A DNA stretch of 64,000 bases from Candidatus Kaiserbacteria bacterium (GCA_027451665.1 DAIDIW010000001.1:5354-69353), one strand, 5' to 3'; positions 8,058 to 18,044 are shown, counted from the first letter of the stretch. Notes: generated from the sequence alone by a model not told the origin. Translations and numbers: made by a program.

Positions 8058-8325
8058 GCATGGAAGTAACCCTCGTTTCTCTGTCATCGGCCCTTCCTTG
8101 AGGGAGGTACTTGACGTACGTCCGTACGTCGATGGCGTTTGCGCGTTCCTTGCGTTTCGCGCCCAGCACCCGGACGCGAAATTTATTGTACGGAGCGGGC
8201 TCTTCTTCGATCTTCCAATGCATCCCAATCTCGTCCACGTCGACCGTATCAATCAGGTTCGCGAGTTCATCAAGAAACGCTGTCTCATTCCGTAAGGCCG
8301 CCGTAGTGCTGCGCAAGGCGCACAA
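8058..8325 (-). pseudogene. Degraded C-terminal fragment of a recombinase-family gene
   Basis: LANLIDTVDVDEIGMHWKIEEE..YNKFR..VLG..IDVRTYVKYL resembles, from recall, C-termini of CPR serine recombinases; no catalytic N-terminus; abuts a tRNA. Confidence 0.45.
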
Positions 8326-8354
8326 AGCGAGATTGGTGTAGTATCGGTGACACG

Positions 8355-8426
8355 CCTCCCATCGTTCAACGGATAGGACGCGAGATTCCGGATCTCGTAA
8401 TGTAGGTTCGATTCCTGCTGGGAGGA
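8355..8426 (+). tRNA. tRNA-Arg(CCG)
   Basis: CCTCCCA/TGGGAGG acceptor, CGAGA-TTCCGGA-TCTCG anticodon arm, GGTTCGATTCC. Confidence 0.93.
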
Positions 8427-8432
8427 CCTGGT

Positions 8433-8473
8433 ACTAAGGAAAGCGCGCGCCTCTGGCGCGCGCTTTCCTTAGT
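8433..8473. terminator. Bidirectional hairpin terminator between tRNA-Arg and rpsT
   Basis: ACTAAGGAAAGCGCGCGCC-TCT-GGCGCGCGCTTTCCTTAGT, a perfect inverted repeat. Confidence 0.75.
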
Positions 8474-8482
8474 AAACCGTTT

Positions 8483-8749
8483 TTACGCCTGGGCGCGACG
8501 AATGCTTGCGGCGAGGCGAGCCTTCTTGCGGTTGGCCGTATTCCCTTTAAGGACGCCGCGCTTCTCGGCCTTATCAATCGCCTTCTGCGCAGCCGGAAGC
8601 AGCTTCTGTGCACGTGTAATATCGCCCGCCACGAGCGCCTTCTTGAAAGACTTCGTGGCGGCGGCGAGAGTTGCCTTGCGGCGCAAATTGAATACGCGAC
8701 GACGCTTCGCAACACGATTCGCTTTCTTTGCAGAAGAGGTTATTGCCAT
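8483..8749 (-). CDS. rpsT: 30S ribosomal protein S20
   Basis: MAITSSAKKANRVAKRRRVFN...IDKAEKRGVLKGNTANRKKARL. Confidence 0.95.
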   Translation of the reverse strand: MAITSSAKKANRVAKRRRVFNLRRKATLAAATKSFKKALVAGDITRAQKLLPAAQKAIDKAEKRGVLKGNTANRKKARLAASIRRAQA

Positions 8750-8851
8750 GTGGGCGGATAGTACCCTGAACTCCCCGAGGTCGCAAGTTTCAGCACTCAT
8801 GCAAATGGCATATAGTGTGCAAAGACCTGTCATCATCTAAGGAGGATTCTC

Positions 8852-9490
8852 ATGACCCCTGAAGAGGTACGGAGGGCGAACGCCTTGCTCGTTGGGGCCG
8901 GCTCCGACGTGATATTGCACTGGTGCTCAGCGATATTCAGGCGCCCTGCGCTCGCGACGAGCTTCGGACCGAACTCGGGCGTCCTCTGGCACATGGCGCA
9001 CGAACATTTCGGTCCAGATCTCTTAGCCGTGTATGTGGATCCCGGCGATCTTCCTGAAGCCAATAAGCGCTACCGCGACACGCTTATGCACCGGTGGCCC
9101 CTACGCCTGCTCAACCCCTTTGAGCCTGATCCACCGGCGACCGCACACGAACGCGCGCTCATGCACGCAGGCGGCACCGGACGTGAGCTCGCGTACGAAC
9201 GAACCAAACTGCTTACGCTGCGGCTCGGGCTACGGAAGTATCGCATCGACGGCATACTGTTCGGCGCGCGCGCTGACCAGGGCAAGGACGGTACCGAACG
9301 CCTTAGCCTTTCCTCACGCGCATTCATTGCCCGTAAGGATGGCCGGACGGGCGCATATCCAAACCGGCTCATGACGCATCAGGATTCCTTGGCCTATCTC
9401 GTACGGCATGACATCCCCTTCCATGAGTCCGGTCCTCCGGGCGGCGGGCGGGTAGAATGCGGTATCCATACGAAGGAGACCCTTCCATGA
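8852..9490 (+). CDS. Divergent PAPS reductase-family protein (CysH-like)
   Basis: TSFGPNSGVLWHM, YVDPG, GARADQ and the C-terminal ECGIH motif; SD AGGAGG; followed by a hairpin terminator. Confidence 0.7.
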   Translation: MTPEEVRRANALLVGAGSDVILHWCSAIFRRPALATSFGPNSGVLWHMAHEHFGPDLLAVYVDPGDLPEANKRYRDTLMHRWPLRLLNPFEPDPPATAHERALMHAGGTGRELAYERTKLLTLRLGLRKYRIDGILFGARADQGKDGTERLSLSSRAFIARKDGRTGAYPNRLMTHQDSLAYLVRHDIPFHESGPPGGGRVECGIHTKETLP

Positions 9491-9551
9491 CCGGCGGCTC
9501 ATCGAGCCGCCGGTTTTCTCTCGCCGGAAGAGCGGGTGGTAGGATAAGGAT

Positions 9552-10109
9552 ATGATCCGTCAGATACGCGGCATGGTGCTCTCCGTCTCTCCGTTGTACG
9601 CGGTTATCGAGGTGGGCGGGTTCGGCGTTCAGGTATATATGAGCGCTCCCGAGACGCTTCATACGGGCGTAGAAGCATCGCTTGCAACTCACCTCTCTAT
9701 GAAGCAGGACGGCATGGATCTCTACGGATTCCCGGATCCGGCAGATCGCGATTTCTTCGAGAAGCTGCTCAGCGTCTCGGGCGTCGGACCGAAGACTGCA
9801 CTCTCTGTGCTGCGGCGCGCTCCGCGCGAGGCGCTCATGGGGGCGCTCGCCTCACGTGACCTCACCTATCTCACGAAGGTTGCCGGCCTCGGGAAGAAAA
9901 GCGCGGAGAAAATGCTCGTCGAGCTCGCCGAAAAGATGGACGGGCATGCGCACGATCATGCCGATACTGAGGTGTTCGATACGCTCGTCGCACTCGGATA
10001 CACCGAGCGGGAGGCGCGGAAGGCCGTTCAGGCGGTCCCGCGGGAGATCTCCGGCAAAGAAGCACGGCTGCGTGCGGCGCTCGGCGGCGCAAGGAACGAG
10101 TATGCGTAA
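9552..10109 (+). CDS. ruvA: Holliday junction branch migration protein RuvA
   Basis: MIRQIRG, LYGF, LLSVSGVGPKTAL, GLGKKSAEK, LVALGY. Confidence 0.95.
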   Translation: MIRQIRGMVLSVSPLYAVIEVGGFGVQVYMSAPETLHTGVEASLATHLSMKQDGMDLYGFPDPADRDFFEKLLSVSGVGPKTALSVLRRAPREALMGALASRDLTYLTKVAGLGKKSAEKMLVELAEKMDGHAHDHADTEVFDTLVALGYTEREARKAVQAVPREISGKEARLRAALGGARNEYA

Positions 10110-11334
10110 GTTCCGCCGCGCGCTCCTCTCCCCCTACCACTATCTCTGGGCCATTGGCTCAGCCGTGTATTACGGATTCCCGGCGCGCAAGCTCATAATC
10201 ATAGGCGTCACGGGAACAAAGGGTAAATCCTCCGTCACGGAGATGCTCTATACCACGCTCAAGGCGAGCGGAAAGAAGACCGCCGTCGCAGGAACGATCC
10301 GTTTCGCGATAGGCGACGAGAATCGTCCCAATCTTTTTAAGATGACGCTCCCAGGACGCGGATTCATCCAGCGGTTCCTCGCGGAGGCGGTCCGGAAGGG
10401 CTGCACGCATGCCGTCGTCGAGATCACGAGTGAAGCGGCGGTCCAGCATCGGCATCGATTCCTCTTTCTCGACGCGCTCGTATTCACAAACCTACATCCG
10501 GAGCATATCGAGAGCCATGGGTCGTTCGAAAAGTATGCCGCAGCAAAGTTCCGCATCGGAAAAGCACTCGCCGCTTCATCGAAACGCCCACGCGTTATCG
10601 TGGCGAATGGCGACGACCCACAGAGCGCGCCCTACCTCGCACTTCCGGTCGAGCAGAAGCGTCCCTTCTCCTATGCGGAGGCGGGCGACGTGGCGCTCGG
10701 TGCCGGCACTGCATCCTTCACGTATGCGGACGTACGTTTCTCATTACGACTCCCCGGCAGCTTCAGCATCATGAACGCGCTCGCGGTCATCAAAATCGCT
10801 GAATTCCTTAAGCTCCCGCTCGGCACCGTGCGCGATGCGCTTGCTGCGCTCGAACGCATCCCAGGACGTACCGAACGCATCGATGAAGGCCAACCGTTCA
10901 CTGCGGTGGTTGACTATGCCCACACTCCCGATTCGCTGAAGGCACTCTACGATGCGTACCCGGTGCGGCGCATTTGCGTCCTTGGCAATACGGGCGGCGG
11001 ACGCGATACCTGGAAGCGGCCGCTTATGGGCAAGATCGCAGACGACCACTGCGCAACCGTCATACTCACGGACGAGGATCCCTATGACGAAGATCCGCGG
11101 AAGATCATCGAGGCAATGGCAGAGGGCATGCGCCGCCCGCCGGAGATACTCATGGACCGACGCGCGGCTATCGCGCGCGCACTCTCGCTTGCGCAGCCGG
11201 GCGATGCCGTGCTTATCACGGGGAAAGGAACGGACCCATTCATTATGGGGCCGCGCGGCACGAAGACCCCATGGAGCGACGCCCAGGTGGTACGGGAGGA
11301 ACTGGCTCGGCGTAGGCACAACCTCTCTCAATAG
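10102..11334 (+). CDS. murE: UDP-N-acetylmuramyl-tripeptide ligase
   Basis: GVTGTKGKSS, FTNLHPEHIESHG, VDYAHTPDSL, DEDPYDEDP, TGKG. Confidence 0.9.
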   Translation: MRKFRRALLSPYHYLWAIGSAVYYGFPARKLIIIGVTGTKGKSSVTEMLYTTLKASGKKTAVAGTIRFAIGDENRPNLFKMTLPGRGFIQRFLAEAVRKGCTHAVVEITSEAAVQHRHRFLFLDALVFTNLHPEHIESHGSFEKYAAAKFRIGKALAASSKRPRVIVANGDDPQSAPYLALPVEQKRPFSYAEAGDVALGAGTASFTYADVRFSLRLPGSFSIMNALAVIKIAEFLKLPLGTVRDALAALERIPGRTERIDEGQPFTAVVDYAHTPDSLKALYDAYPVRRICVLGNTGGGRDTWKRPLMGKIADDHCATVILTDEDPYDEDPRKIIEAMAEGMRRPPEILMDRRAAIARALSLAQPGDAVLITGKGTDPFIMGPRGTKTPWSDAQVVREELARRRHNLSQ

Positions 11335-11427
11335 GGCGAGTGCGGATGAGCGCTGACAAAACAGCCAGCAGAGCCTACGCAGCCGCACCTGTTTTTTGCT
11401 GCGCCTGTTCATTGCTATACTGGCGCA

Positions 11428-12387
11428 ATGCAGCATGATGCGTGGTTTTTTGTGGGAATCTTCGCGTTCATCTTCCTCATCTGGATCGCCACTGGCGGAC
11501 CGACCCACCCCATCGCTTTCACGGGCCCTACCCTCTCCCAACCGCAAGAGCTCGGCGGCGGCAGTTATCTCTCCTTCCCGAGAGCTGGCTTCTCTCTAGG
11601 TGGCGGCAATGAGGTTCACTTGCCCGGTTCTTCCAACGGTAGCAGCTACGGGGGCTCGAGCGGAAGCGTCCCATCGTCTGCGTCGCTCTCCGGCGTCGAT
11701 TTCGGCACGCCATCGCCGTATCGCGGCGCGGTCACGATGAGCCACTATGTCTCAGGCGCGGGCTCTTCGCAGCCCAACAATGAGTATGTACAGCTCTCGC
11801 TCGCTCAGAACGCCGCGCCGGTCGACATCACCGGATGGACGCTCGAGAGCGAGGCGACGGGCAATGCCGCGATCATCCCGAAAGGCACGGAAACGCCTCA
11901 CTCCGGCATCGTGAACGCCGTGCAGGATATCGTGCTCGAACCGGGAGAGACCGCGATCGTCGAGAGCGGGCAGTCGCCTATCGGCGCCTCCTTCCGCGAG
12001 AACAAGTGCATCGGCTACTTCAGTCAATTCCAGTCGTTCTCGCCATCGCTTCCGCAGGATTGTCCATCGCCACAAAGCGAGCTTGCCGCGAACTATGGCG
12101 ACAGCTACTACATCCGCGATGCAACCTGCATCGACTATGTGAAGACCTTGAACCGGTGCCAAGCCGTACTCACCCCTCCAACGACGGTATCGGGAGCATG
12201 CCAGACCTTTCTCGTGAAGTATCTGAACTACAACGGCTGCGTGAACGCGCACGAGAACGATGCTGACTTCCTCGATTCTACGTGGCGGATCTACCTCGGC
12301 CGCACGACGCCGCTCTTCCGCACGCAGCACGAAGTGGTGAAGCTGCTCGACAGCCAAGGGCGCACGGTCGACGCTTTCGCGTACTAA
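11428..12387 (+). CDS. Membrane-anchored secreted protein, lamin-tail-like domain with Cys-rich insert
   Basis: N-terminal TM, Gly/Ser linker, EYVQL..VDITGWTL, six Cys, C-terminal VKLLDSQGRTVD. Confidence 0.7.
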   Translation: MQHDAWFFVGIFAFIFLIWIATGGPTHPIAFTGPTLSQPQELGGGSYLSFPRAGFSLGGGNEVHLPGSSNGSSYGGSSGSVPSSASLSGVDFGTPSPYRGAVTMSHYVSGAGSSQPNNEYVQLSLAQNAAPVDITGWTLESEATGNAAIIPKGTETPHSGIVNAVQDIVLEPGETAIVESGQSPIGASFRENKCIGYFSQFQSFSPSLPQDCPSPQSELAANYGDSYYIRDATCIDYVKTLNRCQAVLTPPTTVSGACQTFLVKYLNYNGCVNAHENDADFLDSTWRIYLGRTTPLFRTQHEVVKLLDSQGRTVDAFAY

Positions 12388-12519
12388 GCAACCGCAGGAA
12401 ACGCTGTCTGCGCCGTCGCAGAGTCAGCTTGACGTTCCGCGACGGCTCGCGTCCGTATCTCGTCGCGCATCGAAGGCCGCGGGATTTTTGAAGAATAAAA
12501 TGGTAGAACAGTTGCACAA

Positions 12520-12592
12520 GCGCCCATAGCTCAGTCGGTAGAGCAGCTCCCTTTTAAGGAGACGGTCCCTGGTTCGAGCCCAGGTGGGCGCA
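12520..12592 (+). tRNA. tRNA-Lys(TTT)
   Basis: GCGCCCA/TGGGCGC acceptor, TAGCTCAGTCGGTAGAGC D-arm, loop CTTTTAA, GGTTCGAGCCC. Confidence 0.93.
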
Positions 12593-12626
12593 CAAGAAGC
12601 CAGACAGCCTTGCTGGCCGTCTCGGG

Positions 12627-13229
12627 TTAGAACTTTCTAACGCCAAGTCTGGGTTGGCCTGTTTGGCTTCGTGAATGACTTTTTGAACGACGTATCTCGG
12701 GCACTATCTTAATCGGAACCGGCAACCCGAGTTTCTGAAGCGGAAGGTAGCCGAAGTAGTATTGGCACCCGACCGAGTTTATGTAAGTGAGCACGTCCTT
12801 GTATTCGGGACGGTTGAACCAGTCGCTCAAGATATAAATGTATTCCACTTCATAGTTAAGCGGGGCGAAGAGACGCTGATACTGCTTCTTTTTGAAGTCG
12901 CACGTTTGTAGCTTCTCGTCCACGGAACCGGCGACTTTTTGGAATTTAATTTCGAGAATGAACATCGTGTTATTCACGATGACATAGAGCGCCTCGTCCG
13001 GAAGGAGACGTTTTGAAAGTATTTCTTTGTGCTTGACGCCCTGCTCCTCAAGGAATTTGTAGAGGCTATTTTTGCGATAGCTTCGGGCGACCTCTTTTCC
13101 GTTGTAGGAAATGACGTGTCCTTTCACGCTGTAGCCAGGAGTCTTTTTAAGAAGTTCAAGAATGTCGCGCTTCTTCTCGAAGTTGAGTCCCGTAATGGTG
13201 TTGCCGCCGCCTTTGCCGCCTGTAATCAT
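12627..13229 (-). CDS. PD-(D/E)xK nuclease, putative Type II restriction endonuclease
   Basis: LLPDEAL...ILEIKFQKVAGSVDEKL; overlaps the MTase stop (ATGA); AT-rich. Confidence 0.75.
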   Translation of the reverse strand: MITGGKGGGNTITGLNFEKKRDILELLKKTPGYSVKGHVISYNGKEVARSYRKNSLYKFLEEQGVKHKEILSKRLLPDEALYVIVNNTMFILEIKFQKVAGSVDEKLQTCDFKKKQYQRLFAPLNYEVEYIYILSDWFNRPEYKDVLTYINSVGCQYYFGYLPLQKLGLPVPIKIVPEIRRSKSHSRSQTGQPRLGVRKF

Positions 13230-14050
13230 ATTTTTACATCGTTGATCCGTTTGATGGAAAGATCAAGGTATTTCTTTTCGAGATCTATACCTATGAATTT
13301 GCGACCGTGCATGGCGGCGGCGATTCCAGTCGTTGAACTGCCAGTGAAAGGATCGAGCACTACGTCTCCCTTTTTCGTGCTTGAAAGCACGATGCGCTTA
13401 AGGAGATCGAGCGGCTTTTGGGTTGGATGCTTGCCGTACTTCTTTTCATCAGGGCGCGGCGTGCCCATAGACCAAACGGAGCGCATTTGGAGTCCAGGCT
13501 TCTTAAGCTGATCTTCCGGCCAGTTTCCCTCCTTCATAAGCTCGTAGTTGAAGGTGTGTTTTGCCTTCTTATCCTTACGAGCCCAAATGATCGTTTCGTG
13601 GCTCGCAGTAAAAAAGCGGCAACTTAAGTTCGGCGACGCGTTCGGTTTGAACCACGAAATATCGTTGAGTATATGGTACCCGAGCGATTGGAGCGCATGA
13701 CCGCACTGGTAAATCGAATGATAGGTACCACTTACCCAAATGGTGCCGTGTGGCTTGAGCACTCGCCGTGCCGCTTCAAGCCAGCGGTAGTGAAAAAGAT
13801 AGTCGTCTTCAAATCCCCTGCTCACGTCCCACTCGCCCTTGTTCACACTAACCATGCGCCCGGCGTGAACCGTGAAGCCGCCGTTTGAGAGGTTGTAGGG
13901 CGGGTCTGCGAAGACCATATCGATGGAGTTTTCTGGCAAAGTCGAGAGAAAGGCGATCGAATCGGCGTTATACAGAACGAAATCACCCTTCTGAAAATAC
14001 GGGCGAACAGCCGTAGCTGAGAGGATTTTAGACCTTGTCGCCGTTTCCAT
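13226..14050 (-). CDS. Beta-class N4/N6 DNA methyltransferase (DpnA/M2.DpnII-like)
   Basis: FADPPYNLSNGG, VNKGEWD, HPTQKP, DPFTGSSTTG. Confidence 0.9.
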   Translation of the reverse strand: METATRSKILSATAVRPYFQKGDFVLYNADSIAFLSTLPENSIDMVFADPPYNLSNGGFTVHAGRMVSVNKGEWDVSRGFEDDYLFHYRWLEAARRVLKPHGTIWVSGTYHSIYQCGHALQSLGYHILNDISWFKPNASPNLSCRFFTASHETIIWARKDKKAKHTFNYELMKEGNWPEDQLKKPGLQMRSVWSMGTPRPDEKKYGKHPTQKPLDLLKRIVLSSTKKGDVVLDPFTGSSTTGIAAAMHGRKFIGIDLEKKYLDLSIKRINDVKI

Positions 14051-14155
14051 ATTTACATTTTATCATTACCCACCAAAGACATAAACTGACGCTCTTCGAG
14101 CGGGATAACCTAGCACGAGTTGGCTGGCCGTCTGGGACACGAACGCCATTCATTT

Positions 14156-14827
14156 TTAAATCGAGAGCGCGAAGCGTTCGAGTTCGCGCGAGAGGTCAAG
14201 TCCTTTGCGGCGGCTGAGGACGATGAGATCGATAAGGTGCATCGAGAGACTGCGCGCTTCCTCAGGATTCCACGCGCGACTCCCCGTCTGCATGAGATCT
14301 CGGGCCTTCCAATGCAGTAGGCCGTGCACCATCTCGGGCGCGTCGCCTGCGGAAAGCGCGCGTACCACTTCGAGCCAGAGCGCGCGACTATCGCGGCTCG
14401 CAAGCGCATTCACGAGCGCGCGATTGAAGCCGCGACTCGCGGAGCGGGCCGCGGGCAGGTCTATCTCATAGATCTTTGCCGCCTTGCCGGCGAACTTCTT
14501 CGCCTTCGCCGCGGCGAGCTTCGGGGCGAGGATAACGATCACGTTATCGCTCGCTGCAAGCGCATCAACGGCGTCCTCAACGAGCGTGTTCACCTGGCGG
14601 TCATCCTCTTCCGCACGCACCGGAAACGGGTCGTCGATGAGCACGAGGAGTCTTCGTACGAATAACCCGCCAGCAAGCGCAACGTCTGAGAGTGCGGCTT
14701 CGGTTACCTCCTCTCTCGCGAGCCGCACGTACGCGAGGTTCGGTTCCTTCTCGCGCGCCGCTTTCACCCAGGCGAACGCCTTTGCACGTACCTTATCCGC
14801 ATCCGAGCCATGGAAGAGATAGATCAC
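14156..14827 (-). CDS. holA: DNA polymerase III delta subunit, shortened
   Basis: MIYLFHGSD start, GGLF..RLLV, C-terminal LERFALSI; lies near polA. Confidence 0.65.
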   Translation of the reverse strand: MIYLFHGSDADKVRAKAFAWVKAAREKEPNLAYVRLAREEVTEAALSDVALAGGLFVRRLLVLIDDPFPVRAEEDDRQVNTLVEDAVDALAASDNVIVILAPKLAAAKAKKFAGKAAKIYEIDLPAARSASRGFNRALVNALASRDSRALWLEVVRALSAGDAPEMVHGLLHWKARDLMQTGSRAWNPEEARSLSMHLIDLIVLSRRKGLDLSRELERFALSI

Positions 14828-14891
14828 CCGTTCATGATAGCAAACGGCGCCTGTTCACTAGGCGCCGTCGCAAAACACAGAGATCCGGAGG

Positions 14892-15083
14892 TCACCGTAC
14901 AATGAGCTTCACGCAACTACCGCCACCTTCCAGGCACATATGCCTGAGTGCTGAGACCAGGTACGGCCAGACCCACCAGAGTGCCGCACCGACCACCAAG
15001 ATGGCGAGCGCGATCAGAAATACCTTCAGGTCCTCCGAGAGGTTCGTGTCCTTCCTCGTTTCATATTCGTGTTCCTGGCGCAT
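14892..15083 (-). CDS. Small single-TM hypothetical protein
   Basis: GGGAGG SD, one TM helix, downstream hairpin at 14843-14869. Confidence 0.5.
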   Translation of the reverse strand: MRQEHEYETRKDTNLSEDLKVFLIALAILVVGAALWWVWPYLVSALRHMCLEGGGSCVKLIVR

Positions 15084-15134
15084 GAGATATTCCTCCCTTT
15101 TCCGCGCTCCAATGAGACTTAACGCCCTTTCACG

Positions 15135-17537
15135 CTACGCGTCAAGACGCTCGAGATGGCCCCAGTCGGCTCCCGATTTCATCTCGACCGTAATTGGGAC
15201 ACCGTGCGTCTCGTGCTGAGAGATCACCTGCTCCATGATTCCCTTTAATCTCGGCGCAAGTTCGCTCATCCTCTCATGCCGTATCTCATAGATGAGTTCG
15301 TCGTGCACGGAGAGCACGAGATGTGCATCCTCCTCGGCACCTGCGCGTTCAAGCATCGCTTCCGTCTGCACCATTGCGAGTTTTATGAGGTCGCCTTCGG
15401 TGCCCTGAATCGGCGCATTAATCGCCATGCGTTCCGCCTGTGCGCGCACGTAGGGCAGTGTCGATTTCATCTCCGGGAATTGACGGCGGCGGCCGAAGAG
15501 CGTCTCGGTGTAGCCATGCTTCCGAGCGAAACCCTTTGTGCGCTCCAGATATTCCGCGAGAGTGGTGAACGTATGAAAATACTCATCGAGGAATCGGTGC
15601 GCTTCGGCGGTCGTACTGCCGAGCTGAACGCGCAGCGCATTTACGCCCATGCCGTAGAGGATGCCGAAATTGATGACTTTCGCACGCCGGCGCATCTCCA
15701 TGTCGACGTCCTCCGGCGCCACGTCGAACACCATGGCGGCAACTTCACGATGAACGTCCCTGCCGTTCCGGAATACCTCGCAGAGCTTCTCGTCGCCGGA
15801 GAGGATTGCGGCGAGACGCAGCTCGATCTGCGAGTAATCGAGCGCGAGGAGCGTGAAGCCGGGTGGTGCGACAAATGCATCTCGGATCGCTTTTCCCCGA
15901 TCGCTGTGAAGCGGAATATTCTGGAGATTCGGGTTCTGGCTCGCAAGACGTCCAGTCGAGGTGCCTGTCTGTATGAACTCCGTATGCAGGCGATCAGATG
16001 CGTCGAGGAGCGGCGGGAGGTTCTCGATGTACGTTCCAAGCAGCTTCTTCAGCTCCCGATACTCGAGGATATCGCTTACGATCGGATTCCCTTCCCGGAG
16101 CTTTTCGAGCTCGCTCTCTTTCGTGGAGCGCTGACCGCCCGCCGTGCGCTTCATTCGCTCAGGCTTAATGCCGAGATCGTCATAGAGCACTTCCGCAAGC
16201 TGCTTCGGAGAATTCACATTAAACTCTTTGCCCGCTGCGTCGAAGATACGTTGCTCGATGCTCGCAAGTTCCTTCTGATAGCGCTTTTCGAGACGCCCGA
16301 GCGCGGCGCGGTCGATGAGCACCCCTCGTGCTTCCATGCGTCGCAAGACTGGGATGAGCGGCTGTTCAATTTCCCGATAGACCTGCGCGACCCTTCCGAG
16401 CGTCTGGAGCTCAGCCTCAAGCTTCGCATAGGCCGCGGAGAAATTTCGCTCCTTCGTGAAGGCGAGGATGTCCTCGAGGCTCGGATTCGTGAATTCGGAA
16501 GAGATGAGCCAGAGCATCACTGCTGCTTCGGTGAGCTTCACACCGTCAACGGATTCCGCCGCCCGTGCATCCTCGGCAGCCTCGTCTTCTACGAACGGTT
16601 CGTCCTCCTTCGCGAGAGCCTTCTTCGCGCGTTCGCGGAGCGAGCGGAAGCCAAATATATCGAACATTGCGAGCACCGCGGGAAGCGAGACCGTCTCGCG
16701 CCACGGCTTCTCGGGAAGCGAGAACGCGACCGGCGCATCAAGACGTATCGTCGCGAGTGCTTTCGAAAAGCGCGCATCCTCCTCGTGTTCGCGCAGTAGA
16801 TTCACAACGCGCGGCTTCACGCCCGCCTTCGCGAATGTCTCGTCCGCACCCTTTTTCTTGAGTGCCGCATAGATTGCTTCGACCGTACCGAATGCCTGTA
16901 TGAGCTCGGTCGCGGTCTTGTCGCCAATGCCCGGGACTCCCTTGATATTGTCCGAAGAATCGCCGCGCAGGCCTTTGTAATCGGGAATCAAGGATGGCTT
17001 GAAGCCATATCGTTCAAGGACGGCCTTCTCGTCATAGAGCACCGTATCGTTCAATCCTTTCTTCAGTGTATAAACACGAACGCACTCGTCGTCGACAAGC
17101 TGGAGCGTATCCATGTCGCCGGAGGCGATAATGATGTCGAGACCTTTGTGCGCGGCGAGCTCATGCGCAATCGTGCCGAGCAGATCATCGGCTTCGAATC
17201 CTTTCCGTTCATAGAGCGGAACATTGAACGCCTTGAACACCGCCCGCGACTTCTCTATCTGGGCGACGAGCGCATCCTCGAGCTTCTGACGCGTGCCTTT
17301 ATAATCTTCGTACGCTTCATGACGCACGGTTGGGGCCGCGAGGTCATAACAGGCGGCAAGGTAATCCGGATCGAGATCGTTCACGATCTTGAGGAGCATG
17401 GCGACGATGCCATAGAGCGCACCGGTCGGTTGGCCGTCGGGGCCCGTGAAGTCCGGCAGCGCGTGATATGCCCGATGGATGATCGCGTGTGCGTCGAGGA
17501 GCACGAGCCGCGGTTTCCGTTTCGATCTAAGCGCCAT
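15135..17537 (-). CDS. polA: DNA polymerase I (5'-3' exonuclease + polymerase; proofreading domain largely absent)
   Basis: LLDAHAIIHRAYHA, EADD, GDSSDNIKGVPGIG, DYSQIELR, KVINFGILYG, VHDEL. Confidence 0.95.
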   Translation of the reverse strand: MALRSKRKPRLVLLDAHAIIHRAYHALPDFTGPDGQPTGALYGIVAMLLKIVNDLDPDYLAACYDLAAPTVRHEAYEDYKGTRQKLEDALVAQIEKSRAVFKAFNVPLYERKGFEADDLLGTIAHELAAHKGLDIIIASGDMDTLQLVDDECVRVYTLKKGLNDTVLYDEKAVLERYGFKPSLIPDYKGLRGDSSDNIKGVPGIGDKTATELIQAFGTVEAIYAALKKKGADETFAKAGVKPRVVNLLREHEEDARFSKALATIRLDAPVAFSLPEKPWRETVSLPAVLAMFDIFGFRSLRERAKKALAKEDEPFVEDEAAEDARAAESVDGVKLTEAAVMLWLISSEFTNPSLEDILAFTKERNFSAAYAKLEAELQTLGRVAQVYREIEQPLIPVLRRMEARGVLIDRAALGRLEKRYQKELASIEQRIFDAAGKEFNVNSPKQLAEVLYDDLGIKPERMKRTAGGQRSTKESELEKLREGNPIVSDILEYRELKKLLGTYIENLPPLLDASDRLHTEFIQTGTSTGRLASQNPNLQNIPLHSDRGKAIRDAFVAPPGFTLLALDYSQIELRLAAILSGDEKLCEVFRNGRDVHREVAAMVFDVAPEDVDMEMRRRAKVINFGILYGMGVNALRVQLGSTTAEAHRFLDEYFHTFTTLAEYLERTKGFARKHGYTETLFGRRRQFPEMKSTLPYVRAQAERMAINAPIQGTEGDLIKLAMVQTEAMLERAGAEEDAHLVLSVHDELIYEIRHERMSELAPRLKGIMEQVISQHETHGVPITVEMKSGADWGHLERLDA

Positions 17538-17967
17538 AGGAAATATTCCTGCTTCCGTCATCGGCCACCGCGAACACGAGGGCTCTCGCCGCGGCTGGCA
17601 CGGCGCGAGTGACATGTTCGGGCCACTCCAGGACGATGAGATTCGTCGGGTCGGCGACGAGCGTATCGAATCCGAGCGGCGCGAGCTCATCCTCATTCTC
17701 GAGGCGGTAGGCATCGATATGCACGAGCTTCTCGAATGCGCTTCCTCGCGGCAGCGCGTAGAGCTTCTCGAGCACGAACGTCGGGCTGTTCACGACCTCC
17801 TCGACGCCAAGCGCCCGAGCCAAAGCCTGGGTGAACGCGGTCTTCCCTGCACCAAGTTCGCCGGACAGTGCGAGCACTGTCGCCACATCCGGGAGCGGTG
17901 CGAGTGTTTTCGCGAACGACTTCGCGAACGCGTCGAGTTCATGAACGGAGTGAATGACGGTTCTCAC
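17527..17967 (-). CDS. tsaE: tRNA threonylcarbamoyladenosine biosynthesis ATPase
   Basis: LSGELGAGKT, VNSPTF, HIDAYRL, LEW. Confidence 0.95.
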   Translation of the reverse strand: MRTVIHSVHELDAFAKSFAKTLAPLPDVATVLALSGELGAGKTAFTQALARALGVEEVVNSPTFVLEKLYALPRGSAFEKLVHIDAYRLENEDELAPLGFDTLVADPTNLIVLEWPEHVTRAVPAAARALVFAVADDGSRNISYGA

Positions 17968-18044
17968 TCGAGCATTCTACCCCTTGGATATGAATAGCGC
18001 CCGTCCCCCTGAAGGGACGGGCGTCGTCACCAAACGGCTCATCT

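Noticed and set aside
15135-17537. PolA lacking the 3'-5' exonuclease domain, short HolA and short YebC as novelties
   Set aside because: Such reductions are expected in streamlined CPR genomes; recorded only in the feature calls.
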